Positions 28,384 through 36,340 of a stretch of 64,000 bases of DNA are shown here, in pieces. Position 1 is the stretch's first letter; each line of letters starts with the position of its first letter. Source of the stretch: an uncultured delta proteobacterium (GTDB lineage Bacteria; Desulfobacterota; RBG-13-43-22). The notes under the pieces were generated by a model that worked only from the letters and a program-made list of their open reading frames with translations, did no database searches and was not told the origin of the DNA. A program made the translations under genes and the position numbers. Where the stretch lies: positions 512,001 through 576,000 of the forward strand of contig CAWJJC010000020.1 of NCBI GenBank assembly GCA_963843145.1, read 5' to 3'.

Positions 28384-29985
28384 ATGAAATTCATTCGAAT
28401 CCTGATCCTCTGGATTGTTAGCCTATTTCCAGCTTTTATAATAGTTCCTTCATCTCAAGCGGTCGATGCCGTGGTCGGGGGGGCCTGTACGGATACAGAA
28501 TTCAATACGGCTTTGAACACCGTTCAAAGCACGGGAGGCGGAACGATTACCTTCAACTGCGGCACGTCGCCGGTCATCATTACCGTAACCGGGGCCAAGC
28601 CCATCAGCAGCCAAACGACCATTGACGGTGGATCCCTGATCACTCTCAGCGGCGCGAATGCCTCTCGGGTTTTCTTGGTGAATCCGGGCATATCGCTAAC
28701 GTTAAATAACCTGACCGTCACCAAGGGTTTGAGCAGTAGCGATGACGGCGGTGCGATTCGTAACGAGGGTACACTGAACATTAATAACTGTAAATTCATC
28801 AACAACCAAACCGGCTCGGCGTGGAGCGGCGGAGCCATCGTCAGTTATGGACCGCTGAATATTGCCGATAGCGAATTCGCGAACAACTCGGCCGGGAACG
28901 GTGGCGCGCTTTACCCTCGCTACGCGCCTGCCGTAACCACCATTACCCGCAGTACTTTTCACGACAACGTGGCTATAAACACGACCAACGGCTGGGGCGG
29001 GGCGATCCTGGCCTGGGATGGCGCGCCGGTGACGATTGAGGGCAGCGACATCTTCAACAACAGTAGTGCTAATTTTGGGGGGGGTATCTACATCTCCCCC
29101 AATTCGTCGGTCACTTTCAACGGAAGCACGCTTCACGACAACACGGCCGGATTCACCGGCGGTGGTGTCTACAACAACAACGGCACGGCGACCCTGACCA
29201 ACGTCACTCTCAGCGGCAACTCGACCAGTCTGGGCAGCGGCGGCGGAATCGGCAACAATAATAACGGCACGGCGACCCTGACCAACGTCACCCTCAGCGG
29301 CAACTCGGTCTCTTTTGGCGGGGGCGGATTTTCCAACTTAAACAACGGCACGGCGACCCTGACCAACGTCACCCTCAGCGGCAACTCGGCCGGATACGCC
29401 GGCGGTGGTGTCTACAACAACAACGGCACGGCGACCCTGACCAACGTCACTCTCAGCGGCAACTCGGTCTCTTATCACGGCGGCGGATTCTACAACATAG
29501 ACGGCACGGCGACCCTGACCAACGTCACCCTCAGCGGCAACTCGGCCCCTTATGGCGGCGGTATCTACCAAATCGGTTCCCTCAGTGGCCAGATCGTGAA
29601 GCTGAAGAATTCCATCGTAGCCAACAGCCCTGAGGGTGGAAACTGTTTTCAAAGTCCAAGCAGTTCGACCAACATCACATCAAGCGGTTTCAATCTTTCC
29701 AGCGACAACTCCTGCACGTCATATTTCACTCAAGCCGGCGATCAAAATAACAAACCCGCGCAGCTCGGTCCTTTGGCGAACAACGGCGGATTTACGCTGA
29801 CGCATCTGCCGCTGCCCCCCATCGCAGGAGGCACCGGTCCGATTGATAATGGCTCTTGCCTGGTCGGGTCATTTGACCAGCGCGGCGTGATGCGCCCTCA
29901 AGGATCTGCATGTGATATCGGCGCGGTGGAGTACCGCCAGGGGGAGCTAACACCGTGGTTGTACCTACCGCTGATCGAGAGATAG
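28384..29985 (+). CDS. Secreted beta-helix repeat protein with choice-of-anchor-Q-like domain
   Basis: MKFIRILILW signal peptide after GGAGG; paralog of the 23567 gene (near-identical DNA around TTNGWGGAILAWDGA); five GTATLTNVTLSGNS repeats; ends LYLPLIER. Confidence 0.87.
   Translation: MKFIRILILWIVSLFPAFIIVPSSQAVDAVVGGACTDTEFNTALNTVQSTGGGTITFNCGTSPVIITVTGAKPISSQTTIDGGSLITLSGANASRVFLVNPGISLTLNNLTVTKGLSSSDDGGAIRNEGTLNINNCKFINNQTGSAWSGGAIVSYGPLNIADSEFANNSAGNGGALYPRYAPAVTTITRSTFHDNVAINTTNGWGGAILAWDGAPVTIEGSDIFNNSSANFGGGIYISPNSSVTFNGSTLHDNTAGFTGGGVYNNNGTATLTNVTLSGNSTSLGSGGGIGNNNNGTATLTNVTLSGNSVSFGGGGFSNLNNGTATLTNVTLSGNSAGYAGGGVYNNNGTATLTNVTLSGNSVSYHGGGFYNIDGTATLTNVTLSGNSAPYGGGIYQIGSLSGQIVKLKNSIVANSPEGGNCFQSPSSSTNITSSGFNLSSDNSCTSYFTQAGDQNNKPAQLGPLANNGGFTLTHLPLPPIAGGTGPIDNGSCLVGSFDQRGVMRPQGSACDIGAVEYRQGELTPWLYLPLIER
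29180..29544 (+). repeat. Intragenic tandem array: five 44-bp near-identical units separated by variable 34-40 bp segments
   Basis: ACGGCACGGCGACCCTGACCAACGTCACYCTCAGCGGCAACTCG at 29180, 29264, 29345, 29423 and 29501; periods 84, 81, 78, 78. Confidence 0.9.
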
Positions 29986-30093
29986 AAATCCGTTTTCTTT
30001 TTAGCACATGAAGAAAATATTCCGAGTCCCCCCAAGGGGTACCAATTTGAAGCCTGCCCCGTGTTTTACTGCTGGTTAGCCGGTTTGGCTGAA

Positions 30094-30199
30094 CACCTTC
30101 AATCGGTAATCCTTTATTCTTCAAGCTTATGGTGTTCAACAGTAGTAGGTGAAAGCACCTCCTATTGAACAAAACCCTCCACGAAAAATTCGAGGCCAG
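30094..30199 (+). repeat. Cassette end motif R, copy 2
   Basis: TAATCCTT(30107)-N21-TCAACAGTAGTAGGTGAA(30136-30153); GAGGCCAG at 30192. Confidence 0.7.
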
Positions 30200-30341
30200 G
30201 AATGGAGCGGTCCGGTAATAATCCTGGGGACAGTTCCCCACCCAACAAAAGGGCGTCGTACAGGTCCGGATTGATCTCTTTGGTCAGACGCCGGGGAGCG
30301 CGGAGCCAGACCGGAATGCTCTTCTCGCTAAGAGAAGCTAT

Positions 30342-31183
30342 TTAAGATCCCTCCTCCAGCGGTCGGTCATCGAAAACCACCTGTTCAGCGCCGTTGTACA
30401 CCAGGAAGCGTTTGCCTCGGGCCCGGGCGATGATCGTCATGTTCAGGCCTTGGGCCAGTTCCAGACCCATATGGGTGACGCCCGATCGGGACAGGAGCAC
30501 GGGGATACGCATGATCGCGGCCTTCATCACAATCTCCGAGGTCAGGCGTCCGGTGGTATACAGGATCTTGTCCTCCCCCGGGATCCGTTCCAGCCACATC
30601 CGCCCGGAGATGGCGTCGGCGGCATTGTGGCGACCCACATCTTCGAAAAACAGCAGCACCCGGTCCTCCCGGCACAGTCCGCAGCCGTGCACCGATCCGG
30701 CCTGTTTGTAGAGGACGTCACTTTGAGAAACCGCCTTCTTCAAACCATAGAGATGAGATTGGCGCACGGCTAAGGGGGGAGGCGCAGTTCCAGTATCTTG
30801 TCCAGGGTGCAACTGAAGATAGTCCCCTGACCGCAGCCTGTGGTTACCGTCATCTTCGAGATTTTTTCTTTCAGTTCGGATATGCCCTGACCGTGGGTGG
30901 TCCGCAGGAGGGCGATTTCCTTCTCCCAGTCCACGGTCACCGAAGCGATCTCTTCAATCCGCTCAACCAATCGCTGATTGCGTAGGTACCCTAGGGCCAG
31001 TTCCTCCGGATGGGTGCCCAGGGTCATCAGGGTGACGATTTCCTGTCCGTCGATTTTTAGGGTCAGCGGCGTCTCTCCGGGGACCCAGATTTCCCGCCGT
31101 TCCCCCAAATGATTGACCACCGTGGCCCGATGAACCGGCGAGCGGCCGGCCTGCGTCATCTGAGGGCGGTAACTAGCCGTCAA
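30342..31183 (-). CDS. fdhD: Formate dehydrogenase accessory sulfurtransferase FdhD (one-base loss in a C-run near 30775)
   Basis: GETPLTLKIDGQEIVTLMT, TTGCGQG, GSVHGC, EDVGRHNA and TTGRLTSE motifs; split across two ORFs. Confidence 0.88.
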
Positions 31184-32751
31184 GGTCTGATCTCCACCTT
31201 GCCAGCCAAAAAACGCTTCACCTCTCCGATCGGCACCTCCTGGCGGTGAAAAATTCCGGCGGCCAGGGCCGACTCAACCTCCGTCCGGGTGAAAACCTCC
31301 AGGAAGTGTTCGGCGCTGCCGGCGCCGCTGGAGGCGATGACCGGAATGGTCACCGCCGCCTTTACGGCGTTGATCAATTCCAGGTCGAAACCCCGGTTGG
31401 TCCCGTCCCGGTCGATGCAGTTGAGCAGGATCTCCCCGGCCCCCAGCTTTTCGCAGACCTGGGCCAAGGTGACCGCGTCCACCTCCCGGCCCTCACGGCC
31501 GCCCTTGATGGTGCACTGGTACCAGCAGTAACGCTCACCCCCGGGGCCTGGAAAGGCCGTCTCGATCACCGGGTGCTTCGTTTCCTCCGGGCCCTTCACG
31601 TAGACCCGTCGTGGGTCGATGGAAATGACTACCGCTTGGTTGCCGTAGACCCGGGAGATCTCTTCGATGGAACTCTTCCCGCCGGCCCGGCCGGCGGCCA
31701 GATATTCCTCGACGATCAGGACGGCGTCGCTGCCGATGGAGACTTTATCGGCCCCGGAACGGAAATACCGGGAAGCCACCTCCAGAGCGGAATACCGCCG
31801 GCCCTGCCGATCAATGTAGTCCCGTATCCCCCCGCCGATGGTCAGCGGAACAAAGACGTTTTCCGAGGTCCGCTCCAAAACCTCCAGCAGGGGCAGGTCT
31901 TCCAGAGGGAAATCCCGAAAGCCGGTGATGTTCAGAAAAGTGATCTCATCGGCCCCTTCCCGGTAATATCGCCGGGCCAGATCCACCGGCCGGCCCAGGT
32001 TCCGGACCTCCCCTTCTTCCCGCACGTCATATTGATCGCCCTTGGTCACTACCAGGTCGCCTTGATCGTTGGCGCGCACATCGAGGCAGGCGACGATCCG
32101 CTTGGCCAGTTGGGTCTGCTCCGGGCAGTAAGCCGGCCAGTCCGCTGCTTGGCCCGGTTTAAGGAAATTCTCCAGCAGCCGCAATCCGGCGGCCCCGCTC
32201 TTCTCCGGATGGAACTGAGTGGCCACGATGGGGCCCTGCTGCACGGCGCTGACGAACCGCCGGCCGTAATCGGTCACGGTCAGCACAAGGGCTTCGTCCT
32301 CGGGAACCACGTGGTAGGAATGGACGAAGTAAAATTTTTCGTCCCCCCGGATTCCCCGGAGAAAAGGCGACGGCTGGCGCACCTGAACGCCGTTCCAGCC
32401 GATATGGGGGACCGATCGATCGATGACGAAGCGCCGGACCGCGCCTTTAAAGATCCCCAGGCCGGGAACGCCGGGGGCCTCCTCACTGAACTCAAACAGG
32501 GCCTGGAGACCCAGGCAAATACCTAAGAAGGGCCGGCCCGAGGCCAGATAGGCCCGCAGGGGATCCAGCAATTGTTTTTCCCGGAGAATCCACATGAGGT
32601 TCCCGAAATGGCCGACCCCCGGGAAAACGAGCTTTTCGGCCTCCTCGATATCTTCCGGGGTTTCCACCAGCCTGACCTTTTCCCCCAGGCTCTCAATGGC
32701 GTTGACCACGCTCCGCACGTTTCCCGCGCCGTAATCTAGAAGGGTAATCAT
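31180..32751 (-). CDS. hisHF: Fused imidazole glycerol phosphate synthase HisH-HisF
   Basis: N-half: DYGAGN, PGVG, GICLG, YFVHSY, QFHPEKSG. C-half: KRIVACLDV, VVTKGDQYDV, GADEITFLNI, GAGEILLNCIDRDG, ASSGAG. Confidence 0.95.
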   Translation of the reverse strand: MITLLDYGAGNVRSVVNAIESLGEKVRLVETPEDIEEAEKLVFPGVGHFGNLMWILREKQLLDPLRAYLASGRPFLGICLGLQALFEFSEEAPGVPGLGIFKGAVRRFVIDRSVPHIGWNGVQVRQPSPFLRGIRGDEKFYFVHSYHVVPEDEALVLTVTDYGRRFVSAVQQGPIVATQFHPEKSGAAGLRLLENFLKPGQAADWPAYCPEQTQLAKRIVACLDVRANDQGDLVVTKGDQYDVREEGEVRNLGRPVDLARRYYREGADEITFLNITGFRDFPLEDLPLLEVLERTSENVFVPLTIGGGIRDYIDRQGRRYSALEVASRYFRSGADKVSIGSDAVLIVEEYLAAGRAGGKSSIEEISRVYGNQAVVISIDPRRVYVKGPEETKHPVIETAFPGPGGERYCWYQCTIKGGREGREVDAVTLAQVCEKLGAGEILLNCIDRDGTNRGFDLELINAVKAAVTIPVIASSGAGSAEHFLEVFTRTEVESALAAGIFHRQEVPIGEVKRFLAGKVEIRP

Positions 32752-32772
32752 GGTTCCTTAGTCCTCATCAAA

Positions 32773-33128
32773 AACGAACATTGAACATCGAACGTCCAAC
32801 ATCCAACATCGAATGAAAAACAAACCGGCATTGCCGAAAAGGGAACACCTATTCACAGCCTCATATTTGTATTTACCCGGGGTGTTCTTTTTATCTCTCG
32901 CCCGCTTCGCTCGAGTTCGCCGAGGGCACAGAGAAAAACGAATTTATTCGCTGAGCGGGAGATTTTTTCTGATTGCCGGCCTCTCAGCGGCAATCAGAAA
33001 TTATATTTCTCTGCGATCTTTGTGTGCTCTGTGAGAAATCGTCTTCTTTCTTTGGTTGTGACTGGGCGGCGTTAAAGAATCCAGTCAATACACATTCGAT
33101 GTTGGACGTTCGATGTTCGATGTTCATC
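32773..33128. repeat. Nested inverted-repeat elements (7-nt GAACATC/CAACATC heptad arms enclosing further palindromes)
   Basis: Left arm GAACATTGAACATCGAACGTCCAACATCCAACATCGAATG; right arm is its reverse complement at 33093-33128. Inner hairpin TTTCTGATTGCCG...CGGCAATCAGAAA. Confidence 0.8.
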
Positions 33129-33171
33129 TTTTTAGTCCCCCTCCCCCAGTCCATCCCATGCCTACGCCCGG

Positions 33172-34416
33172 TCAGGCCAGCAACTCCTGGACCGAAAACC
33201 AGAGGAGGCCCAGGCTAAGCAGGATAAGGATGCCCACCGTCGCCCAGGACACTTTATTATAGAGGGGTGAGTTTTTAAAAGCTCCCATCAGCTTCACCCG
33301 ATTGATCAGGAGAAGAATAAAGATCAAAATAAAGGGCAACAGCAGGCCGTTGATCACCTGGGAGAGCAGCATAATCAGAATCAAAGGGGCCTTAGGGATC
33401 AACACCAACCCCCCGCCTAAAATAATCAGCCCGGTGTAGAGCCACATGAATTGAGGGGCTTCCTTAAAATCCTTGTTGATGCCCGCCTCCCAGCCCATCC
33501 CCTCGCAGATCACGTAGGCCGTGCTCAAGGGCAGGATGGAGGCCGCAAACAGCGAGGCATTGGCCAGACCCAGGGCAAAGAGAAGGCTGGCATACTTCCC
33601 GGCCAGGGGCGCCAAGGCCACGGCCGCGTCCTCGGCCGTCCGGATAGGTATGTTATGGACGTGGAGCGTAGCGGCACAGGCCACCACAATAAAGAAGGCC
33701 ACCACCACCGCCATGATACAGCCGATAATTACGTCCCAACGGACATAACGGTAGTCTTTGGTCCGTATCCCTTTTTCCACAATGGAGGATTGCTGATAAA
33801 ACTGCATCCAGGGGGCGATCGTGGTCCCGATCACCCCTACCAGCATTACCAAGTAGTGTTGATCATAATGGAATTCGGGGAAAAACGTATCATGGACCAC
33901 CTGCCCCCACGGCGGATCAGCCATAAACCCGGAAATAATATAAGAGAAATAGATCGTGCAGGCCGCTAGAAAAACCTTTTCCACGAAACGATAATTGCCT
34001 TTGACCACCAAGAACCAGACCAGAAGTCCCCCTACGGGAATCGCTATATATCGGCTCACTCCCAGAATTTCCAGGCTGGCGGCCAGACCGGCAAATTCCG
34101 CCATGATGTTTCCCAGGTTGGTCAACAGCAAAGCCAGCAGGACCAGAAAGGTGGTCTTGACCCCGAACTCCTCCCGAATCAAGTCCGAAAGACCTTTCCC
34201 GGTGACCACTCCCAGACGGGCCACCATTTCCTGCACCATAATCAACAGGACGGTGATCGGGATCAGGGACCACAGCAACCCGTAACCGTATTGCGCCCCG
34301 GCCAGAGAATAGGTAGTGATCCCCCCGGCATCGTTGTCCACATTGGCCGTAATTATCCCGGGTCCCACGATACTGAGAAAAAAAAGGAGGCGCTTCCGGT
34401 CCATGGTCCAACCCAT
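33172..34416 (-). CDS. NRAMP-related divalent metal transporter (NRMT/Mg-type motifs)
   Basis: GPGIITANVDNDAGGITTYS, QEMVARLGVVTGKGL and GTTIAPWMQFY motifs; about 11 TM segments. Confidence 0.88.
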   Translation of the reverse strand: MGWTMDRKRLLFFLSIVGPGIITANVDNDAGGITTYSLAGAQYGYGLLWSLIPITVLLIMVQEMVARLGVVTGKGLSDLIREEFGVKTTFLVLLALLLTNLGNIMAEFAGLAASLEILGVSRYIAIPVGGLLVWFLVVKGNYRFVEKVFLAACTIYFSYIISGFMADPPWGQVVHDTFFPEFHYDQHYLVMLVGVIGTTIAPWMQFYQQSSIVEKGIRTKDYRYVRWDVIIGCIMAVVVAFFIVVACAATLHVHNIPIRTAEDAAVALAPLAGKYASLLFALGLANASLFAASILPLSTAYVICEGMGWEAGINKDFKEAPQFMWLYTGLIILGGGLVLIPKAPLILIMLLSQVINGLLLPFILIFILLLINRVKLMGAFKNSPLYNKVSWATVGILILLSLGLLWFSVQELLA

Positions 34417-34426
34417 AATCCGGTCC

Positions 34427-35644
34427 CTATCTTCTCCGCCTTAAGGGGGTGGGCAGGAGGATATCGACGATGTCATCCACGGTGATGATCCCCAGCATCT
34501 GGTCTTCCTCATCCACCACCGGCACGGCCATGAGATTGTATTTGGAGACCATTTCCGCCACTTCCCTTTTATCCACCTCGGAATGGACTTTCTTGGGATT
34601 GGTTCGCATCACCTCTCCCAACAGCATCTCCGGGGCAGCCACGATCAGGTCTTTCAGCGAAAGGACCCCTTCCAGACGATCGTCCTTATCCAGGATGTAG
34701 AGGTAATAGATCATCTCCACATCGGGGGCCAAAAGACGGAGGGACTGCATGGCCTCAGCCACGGTGGCCTCCTTGGGGAAGGAAATGTAATCCGTGGTCA
34801 TCAGGCCCCCGGCGGAATCCTCATCATGTTCCAGAAGTTCCTGAACATCGCAGGCCTCTTTCTCCTCCATTAAATTCAAAATCTCTTTGGCCTGGCTTTC
34901 GGGGAGGTCCCCCAGGACGTCGGCGGCCTCATCCGGTTCCATCACCTCCAGGACATCGGCCGCCTCTTCAGGCTCCATCTGCTTGAAGATATTGGCTCGG
35001 GTTTCCTCATCCAGCTCATACAGGGCTTCCCCGGCCTTCTCTTTCCCCACCGCGTCGATCAGGCTGGAACGTTCCTGCATGGAGACTTCGGAGATGATCT
35101 CCGCCAGATCCACGGGATGCATCTGAGTCAGGTTCTTGCGAGTAATGGTCAGGGTCAGGTGATCCAACCCCGGCTCCAGGGGCCTGAGATACTGCCAGGG
35201 GATGGGGGTCCCTTTTTTTGATTTCTTAAACCCCAACCGCCGGACCAGTCCCCCCAGGCCCACGTCGATCGCCAGGAGGCCGAAATCCCCGTTGACCCGG
35301 CCCAACCGGACATCATTGACTCGGACCACCTTGGCCCCGTTGATATCGACCACCTGCTTATCCATGATATGCTCGGCGATCAGGATTTCGTGGTCCTGGG
35401 GCTCAGCGGAAACCAGAGACTCTTCGGAACCCCGGTAAGCGATCACCTTGCGGTTTAACACGTCCACGTCCATCAGGAGGATATGGAACAGCCCCCGGCG
35501 TCCTTTGACGTACAAGCCCTCCACCAGGGGATAGGCCTCTCCCGGCACCACCCGCAGGTCTTTCACCCGCCCGATCTCGTTTCCCCGCTGATCCAGTACG
35601 GGATGATTCAGCAGTTCACTTAAGAATATATCGTCGGTGATCAT
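34427..35644 (-). CDS. PRC-barrel plus MgtE N-terminal plus CBS-pair protein (no membrane domain)
   Basis: DKQVVDINGAKVVRVND, MHPVDLAEII, MEPDEAAD, EDSAGGLMT and GIITVDDIVD, then stop. Confidence 0.88.
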   Translation of the reverse strand: MITDDIFLSELLNHPVLDQRGNEIGRVKDLRVVPGEAYPLVEGLYVKGRRGLFHILLMDVDVLNRKVIAYRGSEESLVSAEPQDHEILIAEHIMDKQVVDINGAKVVRVNDVRLGRVNGDFGLLAIDVGLGGLVRRLGFKKSKKGTPIPWQYLRPLEPGLDHLTLTITRKNLTQMHPVDLAEIISEVSMQERSSLIDAVGKEKAGEALYELDEETRANIFKQMEPEEAADVLEVMEPDEAADVLGDLPESQAKEILNLMEEKEACDVQELLEHDEDSAGGLMTTDYISFPKEATVAEAMQSLRLLAPDVEMIYYLYILDKDDRLEGVLSLKDLIVAAPEMLLGEVMRTNPKKVHSEVDKREVAEMVSKYNLMAVPVVDEEDQMLGIITVDDIVDILLPTPLRRRR

Positions 35645-35660
35645 CGGAATTCCCTCGATA

Positions 35661-36131
35661 CTAAAATCGAAGCGTGGCCTTTAGCCGTTTGGGATTCAAG
35701 AGCAGATCCAGGCCGTCCTGGGCGCTGCGAACCAGTATGTTCGCCGCCTGGATCGCCTCCACCGCGCAGCCTTCCCCCTCGACGACGGCTATCCCCACCC
35801 GGGCCGCGGAGAGCATCTTCCGGTCGTTGTTACCATTGCCCAGGGCCACCACCTGCTCCGGTCCCAGGTCTTTCACCTGGGCCTCTTTTTGAAGGTCATG
35901 GTCGGCGCCGGTCAGAATAGCAACGGTACAGTTTACTTTTTCCAGGGCTTCCCTGGCCTTGCCAAAGGTATCCGCCGTAAGGATTTGGACCTGCATAAAT
36001 TCACTTATTCGGTTCAATCGATCCTCAACCCCCGGAAGAAGCACTCCATCCACCGACAGGGTTCCGGTAAAATCGGAGACCAGATACTCCACCTTCACTT
36101 CTCCAAAACCCGGGATATCAACAGTAAACAT
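35661..36131 (-). CDS. HAD-family soluble P-type ATPase-like hydrolase
   Basis: DFTGTL, LTADTFG and GNGNNDRKML motifs. Confidence 0.85.
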   Translation of the reverse strand: MFTVDIPGFGEVKVEYLVSDFTGTLSVDGVLLPGVEDRLNRISEFMQVQILTADTFGKAREALEKVNCTVAILTGADHDLQKEAQVKDLGPEQVVALGNGNNDRKMLSAARVGIAVVEGEGCAVEAIQAANILVRSAQDGLDLLLNPKRLKATLRF

Positions 36132-36196
36132 AATCTCTCCTCGAGGCTGAGCTTAATAGAGAAGAATAACCCGATAAGGGGGCAATGACAACCCCC

Positions 36197-36249
36197 TTTT
36201 TCATGTAGAACCTCCAGTCCCGGAGCGGGCACGCACGGAGCATGAAAAT
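36197..36249. repeat. 54-bp dispersed repeat (copy 2)
   Basis: TTTTCATGTAGAACCTCCAGTCCCGGAGCGGGCACGCACGGAGCATGAAAAT aligns with 13199-13252. Confidence 0.65.
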
Positions 36250-36340
36250 GCTCAAAGGGTGATGCCCAGGGTTAAGACCGACTCGGTCTGAGCGCTTCCG
36301 GGCGCGGAAAGCTATTTTCATAAAATTACCCGGATCCCTT

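Noticed and set aside
29180-29544. CRISPR-like pattern of 44-bp repeats with 34-40 bp spacers
   Set aside because: All periods are multiples of three, the array lies in frame inside a protein gene, the spacers resemble each other (GGG-x-x-N coding), and there are no cas genes or leader.
23567-29985. Diversity-generating retroelement
   Set aside because: No reverse transcriptase, Avd or template/variable repeat pair differing only at adenines was seen in the window; kept only as a remote hypothesis.
36180-36330. Possible M-box, yybP-ykoY, NiCo or ykkC riboswitch upstream of the Mg transport operon
   Set aside because: Conserved cores of those families were not found on the coding strand, and part of the structure is explained by a dispersed 54-bp repeat also present at 13199.
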